Under the pieces are notes generated by a model that saw only the letters and a list, made by a program, of their open reading frames with translations, was not told the DNA's origin and did not search any database. From a virus, in IMG/VR virus record IMGVR_UViG_3300033153_004756, positions 1-46,706 of that record: DNA of 46,706 nt. One strand, 5' to 3'. The position numbers and the translations under genes are program-made. Positions 17,845 to 24,934 of the stretch are shown here, one piece after another (within the stretch, counting starts at the first letter, position 1; each line of letters opens with the position of its first letter).

Positions 17845-19308
17845 CTATAAAGCGTTGGCGTACATCATTTCTTCAAAAATCACCATGTCTTCGATAGCAT
17901 CCATCGTCGGATCTATCTGATCATCGTGTTTATGAGTCATTGTTGGTGTAAATTTTCTAAATTCATCCATATAGTCGCTTAACCAAGGGGCGTTTCTGGG
18001 CAAGTGGACATGGCCTGACGCGATATGCGGTATTGAACCCATAGCACGAGTGACTTTATCTATATTTCGTTGTATCCCTTCAATAGGAATCATACTGTTC
18101 TGTCTAATTGTCTGAATGAGGCTTGAACCGGAACTTTTATCTTCTACTTTAACGAGTTGTGCGCCTTGAGGCTTGAATTGCGTTGGCTTGTGCTTATTCC
18201 AGAACGCAACAAGATTTGACTCTAACTGCGGTGCTTCCCATTTGCCTCGTAATAAATCGATCAAGAACAACCCTTGACTAGCAGACTTACCCCAACACTG
18301 AAATACACTGAAATCATTATGTTCTTTCGTTTTTTGGGCGGTGTCAGCATAAATACGTATTAAAACAAGATCCATTGGCAAAACGTCATAAAACTGCCAA
18401 TATTCATCTTTAAACAAACCGCCACCAAGGGGAGAAGGTTGTTGTTGCATCTGGGCTGAAAACATATATGGATTTTTAGATTTCATATCCTTTAATCTTT
18501 TTAATGAATGTTTATCTTCCCATAATGAATGTTCATTTTCAGTATTTTCATCAACGATGGACGGTAAAATAAGACGTGTCCATTCAAATTCTTCATCGTC
18601 CATCAACATTCCGCAAAAATCTTCTTCGTGCAACCTCTGCATTATGATTATTACGGGAGTGGTTCTGTCGTTGTTTCTTCTGGATTTGATTGTTTCATCC
18701 CATCTTCGGTTGACCGCGTTTCTTTTCGCATCAGAATAGGCATCATCGGGCTTCAAAGGGTCATCTATGATTATAGCTCCTGAGAATTTATACTCACCAT
18801 CGTCATCTTCATCAATCTTCCCTGCGCCGAAACCCGTTACTGAGCCGCCTGCCGCAGTGGCATAAAATACACCATTCTGAACAGTACCCCAAGATTTTTT
18901 AGCATCTTTGTTCGGTTTGATTTTTATATGTGGCCATAACTGCTGGAATTCAGCTGACTTAATGACTTCTTTTACTGTATCACTATTATCAGTGGCTAAA
19001 TTATCTGAATATGATAGATGAATAAATTCTGAACATGGATTTTTCATCATGCCCCAAGCGCTGAACATCTTGACCACTAATTCCGTTTTACTATATCGGG
19101 GGGCTATATTGACCATAAGGTACGTGATGTCGCCCTGATACACCTTCATTAGGGCATCGCATATCTTCTTATGATGAGAGCTAAACTTGAATTTAGACCC
19201 TTTTTGGTGTTTGAAAAAATATCGAACGAAAAACTCAAAGTCATCCTCACAACGTGACTTAATATAACTTAAGTATTGGTCAGGATTGATGACCTGTCTT
19301 AATCCCAT
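17845..19308 (-). CDS. terL: terminase large subunit
   Basis: A 487-aa product with an ATPase-like N-terminal half (MVNIAPRYSKTEL). The segment IIIMQRLHEEDFCG resembles the conserved xRxHExD motif of terminase ATPase domains. The C-terminal half is nuclease-like. Confidence 0.75.
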   Translation of the reverse strand: MGLRQVINPDQYLSYIKSRCEDDFEFFVRYFFKHQKGSKFKFSSHHKKICDALMKVYQGDITYLMVNIAPRYSKTELVVKMFSAWGMMKNPCSEFIHLSYSDNLATDNSDTVKEVIKSAEFQQLWPHIKIKPNKDAKKSWGTVQNGVFYATAAGGSVTGFGAGKIDEDDDGEYKFSGAIIIDDPLKPDDAYSDAKRNAVNRRWDETIKSRRNNDRTTPVIIIMQRLHEEDFCGMLMDDEEFEWTRLILPSIVDENTENEHSLWEDKHSLKRLKDMKSKNPYMFSAQMQQQPSPLGGGLFKDEYWQFYDVLPMDLVLIRIYADTAQKTKEHNDFSVFQCWGKSASQGLFLIDLLRGKWEAPQLESNLVAFWNKHKPTQFKPQGAQLVKVEDKSSGSSLIQTIRQNSMIPIEGIQRNIDKVTRAMGSIPHIASGHVHLPRNAPWLSDYMDEFRKFTPTMTHKHDDQIDPTMDAIEDMVIFEEMMYANAL

Positions 19309-19883
19309 TAAAATTCACTATCCATGAGTTTATCGAGTTGCTTCTGTTGGGCTTCTGTTAATGTTGGTTTTGGTGACATGCTACCATCAGATGATTTATG
19401 ATCTAGACCGCCTGACATGTTAAGGTTCATTTTATCATTAAACTGTTCAGGATACATGGCTTTAATAAACATGGTGGTCAGTTTACTATCAGCGCCATGA
19501 AAAATAGGATTTCCTTCAGCGTCTTCTTGATACCCACTTTCAGTATCATCAGCCGCTATCAAATAACCTTTAGCTCTGGTAGCGGCTGATACGTATATAT
19601 CATCGTGCCATTCTTCAATGATACCGTTGAAAGTCTGAACGAAATGAATTGATGTACGTCGCCATTTCTGGTATATGCGATATTCAATATCCGCCATCTT
19701 AATGGACATTTTTACACTAAAAGTTTTGCGAAATGTGTCTAAAAAATCATTCTGGTTCTGAATATCTCTACTAAAGTCTTGCCAATGTTGACCGCCTAAT
19801 TTTGTCGCATACTCTTCAAGGCGTATACTTTCAGCCTTTATATGTTCATACGCGTTTTCATGGATCATTCGTGGTAATGACAT
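19308..19883 (-). CDS. terminase small subunit (putative, by position)
   Basis: A 191-aa ORF that is the first gene of the leftward arm. It shares a 1-nt overlap with terL. No motif was recognised. Confidence 0.4.
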   Translation of the reverse strand: MSLPRMIHENAYEHIKAESIRLEEYATKLGGQHWQDFSRDIQNQNDFLDTFRKTFSVKMSIKMADIEYRIYQKWRRTSIHFVQTFNGIIEEWHDDIYVSAATRAKGYLIAADDTESGYQEDAEGNPIFHGADSKLTTMFIKAMYPEQFNDKMNLNMSGGLDHKSSDGSMSPKPTLTEAQQKQLDKLMDSEF

Positions 19884-19912
19884 TGTAAAACCTTATTTTT
19901 CTGACTATCATG

Positions 19913-19942
19913 ATTTTAACATGAAAAGATAGTTTCTGTCAA
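19913..19942 (-). promoter_or_regulatory. candidate promoter of the leftward (structural) arm
   Basis: The minus strand reads TTGACA (19942-19937), an 18-nt spacer ending in TGT, then TAAAAT (19918-19913). This lies about 30 nt upstream of the first leftward gene. Confidence 0.4.
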
Positions 19943-19955
19943 GTATGAAGGATAA

Positions 19956-19971
19956 GTTAGTGAGTACTTAC
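19956..19971. promoter_or_regulatory. operator-like palindrome GTTAGTGAGTACTTAC between the divergent promoters
   Basis: It matches 11 of 12 positions of the perfect palindrome GTAAGTACTTAC. Related copies lie at 21814-21829, 21842-21852 and 21918-21933. Confidence 0.5.
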
Positions 19972-20006
19972 AATCATACCGTTCATCGGAAAATTAACTG
20001 AAATAC

Positions 20007-20035
20007 TTGTGTTCAGAAGTCGAATGTGGTATAAT
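20007..20035 (+). promoter_or_regulatory. promoter P0 (TTGTGT-N17-TATAAT, TGg extended -10)
   Basis: It aligns position for position with P2, including the upstream ATACCGTTCATCGG box. Confidence 0.55.
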
Positions 20036-20085
20036 AAATTATGGATTGGGATTGGCTCGATCCACAAGAGCGAAGAGAGAAGATA

Positions 20086-20262
20086 ATGACAACACGTAGA
20101 ATAACAGTAATAAAAACTTGGATCACAATGGTTGACATTGAGGTTCCTGAAGAATTCACCAATGAAGAAATTCAAGATGCCGCCACCAATGTTGGAAATG
20201 ATGGGTATACATGGGATACCACCGATTTATTAGACCCAAATACACATGAACCAATAATATAG
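20086..20262 (+). CDS. hypothetical early protein (58 aa)
   Basis: The ATG at 20086 follows the CAAGAGCGAAGAGAGA leader motif, as at 20328. The ATG at 20041 in the track lies at or before the predicted transcription start of promoter P0. Confidence 0.45.
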   Translation: MTTRRITVIKTWITMVDIEVPEEFTNEEIQDAATNVGNDGYTWDTTDLLDPNTHEPII

Positions 20263-20266
20263 GCAC

Positions 20267-20295
20267 TTGACACACCCTTCGGGGTGTGTTATAAT
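20267..20295 (+). promoter_or_regulatory. promoter P1 (TTGACA-N17-TATAAT, TGt extended -10)
   Basis: Both consensus hexamers are perfect with a 17-nt spacer. The spacer itself forms a C(UUCG)G hairpin. Confidence 0.7.
20271..20288 (+). terminator. C(UUCG)G tetraloop hairpin after the first early ORF, embedded in the P1 spacer
   Basis: The sequence is cacaccc-ttcg-gggtgtg, a 7-bp stem followed by ttataatt. Confidence 0.4.
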
Positions 20296-20327
20296 TCAGA
20301 TTCCGAAGAGCGAAGAGAGATAAAACA

Positions 20328-20600
20328 ATGAACATTAAAATTTATGATACAGCCACAGGCGAAACTGAAATTCATCAGACTGTGATTCAATCGTGGAAGA
20401 AAAGCCCATTCGAAGCCGCTAAGCAACTGGAACAAGCTTTACACATTCTACATCCATCTTGGGGCGAAGAAGAGTATTCTTTTAAGGATTGGGGATTTAT
20501 TCCCTTCATGGTGGCGGGTACAACATTGATGGCACAATCGAATAAAAACAGTTGGTGCGGCGATGGCCATCGACTAACGGCAACGATACTGGAGAATTAA
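20328..20600 (+). CDS. hypothetical early protein
   Basis: A 90-aa ORF downstream of promoter P1 and the leader motif. Confidence 0.55.
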   Translation: MNIKIYDTATGETEIHQTVIQSWKKSPFEAAKQLEQALHILHPSWGEEEYSFKDWGFIPFMVAGTTLMAQSNKNSWCGDGHRLTATILEN

Positions 20601-20601
20601 A

Positions 20602-20820
20602 ATGAGCAAAAGATATGGTAGACAACAAAAACGAAAAGCTAGAGCCAGAATTGAGAAGCTAACAAAAGGATTAGAGAGATCAAAAGAAGCGTTGGCTCGT
20701 AAAATTCAAGAAGTAGCAATTGCAACTCATATCGTTGGGATAGCTCAAGAGATAAGCCCTAACTCGATATGTTTTGAACCCTCAATAGTTGATTACCGTT
20801 CAAAATATCCACGCAAGTAA
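20602..20820 (+). CDS. small basic protein (hypothetical)
   Basis: A 72-aa product with GGAGAA 5 nt upstream. The N-terminus is very basic (KRYGRQQKRKARARIEK). Confidence 0.55.
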   Translation: MSKRYGRQQKRKARARIEKLTKGLERSKEALARKIQEVAIATHIVGIAQEISPNSICFEPSIVDYRSKYPRK

Positions 20821-20937
20821 GGTGATATTGAAGTGATCATGGAATGTGACAACGGATTCACATATTCGCATATTATTGGCCGATTAGGTGCGATCCGAGA
20901 GGATTAATACCGTTCATCGGCTCGTTTACTGAAGGTA

Positions 20938-20966
20938 TTGACACCAGATTTTCAGTATGTTATAAT
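20938..20966 (+). promoter_or_regulatory. promoter P2 (TTGACA-N17-TATAAT, TGt)
   Basis: Perfect consensus hexamers, located 49 nt upstream of the ATG at 21015. Confidence 0.75.
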
Positions 20967-21014
20967 AAGTTATCGGTTAGGATTAACCTAGCCCACTACC
21001 AAGAGAGAAGAGAC

Positions 21015-21575
21015 ATGAAAAATTCAGAAATTAAAGTTGGTTCTACTGTTATCACACCTATCACAGATGGCGAAGGTCAAGCAGAATATGTTACTGGTAA
21101 ATTAGTTAGCATCAACAGTCGTTACGCAAAAATAGACCTTGGCGATAAAGTAATCAATGTCGGTAAGTCTAAGATCGAATTGGTAGACCCACCGAAAGCC
21201 ACTAAAAAGGTTACTAAAAAGCCCACTGAAATCAAATGTGGTGGATGCGGAACAATTGCTGAAGATGGTGATGAAGAATGTTCTGAATGTGGTGAAGCAT
21301 TAGAGCTTGAAGATGATGAAGGTGGTCGAATAGCTGATGAATATGAATATAAACAGGCGATTGCGGCATCTGGGCGTACTTCATGTGATACTGGCGATCA
21401 GGTGGCGGACACTCTTCGCGGCAAAACACTTGATGAAGCTTATGCCATAGTTGCTAAGGTCATCGGAGATACCCAGAAGGCTCTTAAGGCTAGATACCAA
21501 CACCTTAATCCCGGTCATCAAAGAATGTGTATTGGAAACCGTCTTCGTGGCTTCTACGCTAAACAGGAGGCGTAG
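21015..21575 (+). CDS. hypothetical protein with a central zinc ribbon
   Basis: A 186-aa product containing CGGCGTIAEDGDEECSEC, downstream of promoter P2. Confidence 0.55.
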   Translation: MKNSEIKVGSTVITPITDGEGQAEYVTGKLVSINSRYAKIDLGDKVINVGKSKIELVDPPKATKKVTKKPTEIKCGGCGTIAEDGDEECSECGEALELEDDEGGRIADEYEYKQAIAASGRTSCDTGDQVADTLRGKTLDEAYAIVAKVIGDTQKALKARYQHLNPGHQRMCIGNRLRGFYAKQEA

Positions 21576-21579
21576 ATCG

Positions 21580-21828
21580 ATGAAGTACGGCAATAGGCAT
21601 CTGGTTCGAGACAATGTGGTGTATAATGCAGAACTTGATGTCGAATACGCAATCAAAATGCCCAGATCTATTCTAGAGTGTGAATTCTTCATATCTGAAA
21701 CACCCCACGAAAATAATGATTATAGTTACCAATGTATTGGCAATAGGCACTGCATGTGCCGCGCCTTGGCATGGAAAGCCTATCTCCTGAAAATCCGATC
21801 CGCGTCATCTCCAGTTAGTAAGTACTAA
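21580..21828 (+). CDS. hypothetical protein (82 aa)
   Basis: The internal ATG of track ORF 21451..21828 is preceded by AGGAGG with a 9-nt spacer. The longer form overlaps 21015..21575. Confidence 0.55.
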   Translation: MKYGNRHLVRDNVVYNAELDVEYAIKMPRSILECEFFISETPHENNDYSYQCIGNRHCMCRALAWKAYLLKIRSASSPVSKY

Positions 21829-21852
21829 CGTACTTGTCCAAGTAGTACTTAC
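21814..21852. promoter_or_regulatory. two GTAAGTACT-type palindrome copies that can also pair as a 9-bp hairpin
   Basis: GTTAGTAAGTACTAAC lies at 21814-21829 and GTAGTACTTAC at 21842-21852. The arm gtaagtact (21818-21826) is complementary to agtacttac (21844-21852). Confidence 0.5.
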
Positions 21853-21917
21853 CTGAAGTCATTTTACACGAGTAGTATTGCTTGTTCCACAAGATATGTT
21901 TCACGGGCTTCTGTGGA

Positions 21918-21933
21918 GTTAGTAAGTACTAAC
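21918..21933. promoter_or_regulatory. exact second copy of GTTAGTAAGTACTAAC
   Basis: Together with the preceding A it gives a 17-nt identity with 21813-21829. Confidence 0.5.
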
Positions 21934-22019
21934 TTAATATATTCTTTGGGGTTAGCAAACACTTATTTAATGGATTAGCACCTAGTGATGTACCCCCCCC
22001 CTCGATCTGTCTATAGGCC

Positions 22020-22207
22020 GCGTCCGACGGGGGCGCAATTGCTATGACATATTGTCCCCCCCTATTAAGTTCGGAGGTTCTCTCTTTTGTTCTTTTTTCT
22101 TCCGTGAAACATTGTTTTCAGTCGAAAAGCTGTTATTTTTAATAACTAAAAAAAAAAAAAAGAGAGAGGTGGGGGATATTTTACCATATGCTGCGTCCGT
22201 CGGGGGC
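22020..22207. repeat. GC-rich 15-mer direct repeats (gcgtccgAcgggggc / gcgtccgTcgggggc) flanking an imperfect inverted CT-rich/GA-rich structure
   Basis: DR1 is 22020-22034 and DR2 is 22193-22207. Between them lie C7 (22056-22062), ttctctcttttgttctttttt, A14 (22148-22161), gagagagg and G5 (22171-22175). A C9 run lies at 21993-22001. Confidence 0.8.
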
Positions 22208-22269
22208 TTTGAGTCTCACCGTCCTCTTTCCGCAAAATATAAGACCTAGGTGGACTATATAGAGATTAC

Positions 22270-22298
22270 TTGACAAGCATGGCTTACCATGTTATAAT
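22270..22298 (+). promoter_or_regulatory. promoter P3 (TTGACA-N17-TATAAT, TGt) for the primase-helicase gene
   Basis: Perfect consensus hexamers, located 35 nt upstream of the ATG at 22333. Confidence 0.8.
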
Positions 22299-22332
22299 CA
22301 TTGCTCAACTAAAATCAGAGGTTAATATAATA

Positions 22333-24729
22333 ATGAAAGCACCTTCTCGGCGCAACGCGCCTATGTCCTTAGATGTTCAATCCCTTCGTTCCATCATCGA
22401 TCACATAGCAGATTATCCACAGAAAATTTATGCCGCCGCTACATGGTATGCAAAGAATGGTATAATGGTAGTACCATTTGTTGATTATGGTAATAAAAAA
22501 ATGGGTTATCCAAAGGGAGTCTCCCAACACCATTGCACTTTATCACAAGATCAGGTCGACAAATGGTGGCATCCTCAAACAGGCATTTGTCCCGGAGCGG
22601 CCATTGCAATGGGTCACGGTGGTGCGTCTGGTTTTTGCGCAATAGATCTCGATATCAAAGGCGATATTAATGGTCTAGAGACACTTACCGACTTAATTTA
22701 CACATATGGCGAGTATGACGATGGTGAATCATCACTTGACACACTTATGGCAACCACACCGTCAGGAGGCCGACATCTAGTTTTCCGTTACCATCCCGAA
22801 ATCATATCAAATTCTGAAATATCATATCCCGGCATAGATACTCGTGGCGGTCTTAAGCGCAATCCATCGGAGAATGGTGGCATCACCTTTATAGAACCCT
22901 CGATTAAACCTGGCTCAAAAACAACCAAACCTTATCGTTGGGATAATACTATAACTGAAATTATCGATATGCCACAATGGCTTGTTGAGGTGCTTAATGG
23001 CCGACCACCTAAACGGGGTGGTATGAAGTTGCAGGAGTCTTACAATGAGTCTGAGATGGGCGAACATGGAGAAGGTCGTGACCGCAACATTTACATCGAT
23101 TTATTGCGTTTCGTCGGTATTGGGTATTCAGAACAGCAACTTTGGGATCTCATGCCAGAAATTATTGCTAGAATGAATCCACCAGACGAACAAATGGTCA
23201 AACGTAAAATAGAATCAGTCCTCCAATCAGATGCATTTATCAAAGCACAAAACGAATCAGAACGAAGAGAGAAAGCAGATAGCCTAGATCTAGATCGATC
23301 TGAAAAAGGCGGTATTATTAAATCAGCAAAAAACCTTCACGCAATTCTCACGTCACCTTTATTTCAACATGGATACGGCGATATTCGTTACGATGAATTC
23401 CAACATAACTACACGAAAAATGGCAAGCCACTTGCTATGATGGCAGATTATGCAGTGGGTATTAATATATGGATGTCTACCAATCTCATGGTTGATTTTG
23501 GCGTTGATATAGTACGTAAAGCAGTTGAATATGCGGCATATACTACTGAACATTCAAATTCAGCTAGAGATTACATGTTTTCATGTCCAAAACCAACATG
23601 TGAACGTAAAGATGATTATTGGGGGTCAGGTCGCAAGCATCCCGGTAAAGCATTTCGCCGCCTCTGCAATGAAGTTATGGATCTAGATAATCCTGACCTT
23701 CATAAGGGTTACACGCCTAATCACAAAATAGCATATGAAGCTTTCCTTTGGTTTTGGATGCAAGGAATCGTAACACGAGCTTGCATCCCCGGTTGTAAAA
23801 TGGAAATCATGTTAAATCTATTCGGCTCACAAGGTGTCGGTAAATCAACCTTTTTCAGAGATCTTTGTCCAGACCCAGAATGGTTCAGTGATAGTGTTCA
23901 AGATACCATAGTATCAGGTGGTCGTGATAACAAAGACGAACTTACTAAATTACAAGCAAAACTCATTGTAGAACTCCCGGAGCTTTCACCAATCAAGCGT
24001 GGTGGTAAAGCAGGTGATGATAAAATGAAGCAATTCATATCAACACAGGTCGATTATTTCAGAAAATCTTATGGTACAGATACAGTAGGCCATCCCCGCA
24101 CTTGCGTCTTATGCGGCTCATCCAACAATAACGACGTATATCGAGATATGACAGGGGATAGACGTTTCGTATCAATCAATCATGGTGAGACTCCATTTAA
24201 GTTGGGCGATCAAAACAACGGTGTGATGGATGAAATTCGTGATGAATTATGGGGTGAAGTGGTGGCAAGTTTCAGAGATGGTGAATTGATGGCCGACAGA
24301 AATGCCATTTTAGTTTGCATACCGCCTGACTTGCGAGAATATCAAAATAAGATTAATGATAGTCACAGATACGAAGAAGTTGGTTTGCCTGAATTATTAG
24401 AATGGATGATGACTAAAACACGTATAACATGGGAAGAAATTATTCATCATACTAAATCAATTCCCGGTCTACGTGATGCCAAAGAAACCCAAGTCATGGC
24501 ATTGATCAGAACGACACTCCGCAACTCTGGTAATTGGGTGTATAAGAAACGCTCCATCAGATACAGCGCGACGGGGGATAAAGAAAAGATTAATTTTTGG
24601 CTCAACGAGGATCATGAATTAGAAATTGAAAGAACAGTTGATATTGGCCAAAGGAGTATCGGAGGCATGAAAGCACCTGAACATTGGTCAAAGTATGACA
24701 TCGAAAATCAAAAGCCTGAGGAATATTGA
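22333..24729 (+). CDS. DNA primase-polymerase / VirE-type P-loop helicase fusion
   Basis: The N-terminus has PrimPol-like motifs (FCAIDLDIKGD, TPSGGRHLVFRY). The C-terminal half has the Walker A LFGSQGVGKSTFFRDL typical of the VirE/D5-like family. The start is set at the ATG at 22333 because 22270-22298 is a promoter. Confidence 0.75.
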   Translation: MKAPSRRNAPMSLDVQSLRSIIDHIADYPQKIYAAATWYAKNGIMVVPFVDYGNKKMGYPKGVSQHHCTLSQDQVDKWWHPQTGICPGAAIAMGHGGASGFCAIDLDIKGDINGLETLTDLIYTYGEYDDGESSLDTLMATTPSGGRHLVFRYHPEIISNSEISYPGIDTRGGLKRNPSENGGITFIEPSIKPGSKTTKPYRWDNTITEIIDMPQWLVEVLNGRPPKRGGMKLQESYNESEMGEHGEGRDRNIYIDLLRFVGIGYSEQQLWDLMPEIIARMNPPDEQMVKRKIESVLQSDAFIKAQNESERREKADSLDLDRSEKGGIIKSAKNLHAILTSPLFQHGYGDIRYDEFQHNYTKNGKPLAMMADYAVGINIWMSTNLMVDFGVDIVRKAVEYAAYTTEHSNSARDYMFSCPKPTCERKDDYWGSGRKHPGKAFRRLCNEVMDLDNPDLHKGYTPNHKIAYEAFLWFWMQGIVTRACIPGCKMEIMLNLFGSQGVGKSTFFRDLCPDPEWFSDSVQDTIVSGGRDNKDELTKLQAKLIVELPELSPIKRGGKAGDDKMKQFISTQVDYFRKSYGTDTVGHPRTCVLCGSSNNNDVYRDMTGDRRFVSINHGETPFKLGDQNNGVMDEIRDELWGEVVASFRDGELMADRNAILVCIPPDLREYQNKINDSHRYEEVGLPELLEWMMTKTRITWEEIIHHTKSIPGLRDAKETQVMALIRTTLRNSGNWVYKKRSIRYSATGDKEKINFWLNEDHELEIERTVDIGQRSIGGMKAPEHWSKYDIENQKPEEY

Positions 24730-24754
24730 CAAAGAATTTCAAGTGTGTTATAAT
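24726..24754 (+). promoter_or_regulatory. promoter P4 (TTGACA-N17-TATAAT, TGt) driving a short non-coding transcript
   Basis: Perfect consensus hexamers. The -35 hexamer overlaps the primase stop codon. A terminator lies about 70 nt downstream. Confidence 0.7.
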
Positions 24755-24760
24755 ATAAGA

Positions 24761-24850
24761 GTCGGTTAATTTCCTCTGGATTTTAGTTGAAGCTGACACC
24801 TTCCTGTTATTGAAGAGATATTTTAAGGCCGTTAATTCGGCCTTTTTTTT
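24761..24850 (+). ncRNA. candidate ~90-nt small RNA (P4 to intrinsic terminator, no ORF)
   Basis: The predicted start is about 7 nt after the -10 of P4. There is no ATG, and the only ORF starts at a TTG and has 8 codons. The unit ends at the hairpin AAGGCCG-ttaatt-CGGCCTT, whose last two T begin a run of 8 T. It contains the CU-rich stretches tttcctctgg and caccttcctg. Confidence 0.45.
24825..24850 (+). terminator. rho-independent terminator
   Basis: A 7-bp GC-rich stem (aaggccg/cggcctt) with a 6-nt loop. The last two T of the stem begin a run of 8 T. Confidence 0.75.
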
Positions 24851-24934
24851 GGCTCTGACTACTGAAAATAAAGCCGTCCTCTTTCTTCCCTTTAAACCCC
24901 GAATCGCCACATCAGCCTCAATACCCCCGTCTAT

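Noticed and set aside
19957-20175. A 72-aa minus-strand ORF across the divergent promoter region.
   Set aside because: It overlaps promoter P0 and the first early gene in antisense. It has no RBS and an implausible Cys/Tyr/Leu-rich composition.
22020-22207. A miniature transposable element: inverted CT/GA-rich arms flanked by 15-nt direct repeats acting as a target-site duplication.
   Set aside because: The direct repeats are 17-21 nt away from the inverted arms. They are long and GC-rich for a target duplication, and they differ at one base. No transposase is present and no second copy of the element exists. An origin or packaging function seems more likely, so this remains only a remote alternative.
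22052-22249. A 65-aa + strand ORF in the non-coding region upstream of the primase gene.
   Set aside because: Its product is dominated by homopolymer-derived runs (FFFF, KKKKK). It starts at a non-ATG codon (TTG), has no RBS, and lies in a region better explained as structured DNA.
22270-22332. The N-terminal 21-codon extension of the primase ORF (TTG at 22270).
   Set aside because: That TTG is the first codon of the -35 hexamer of promoter P3, so the transcript would start downstream of it. The ATG at 22333 is used instead.
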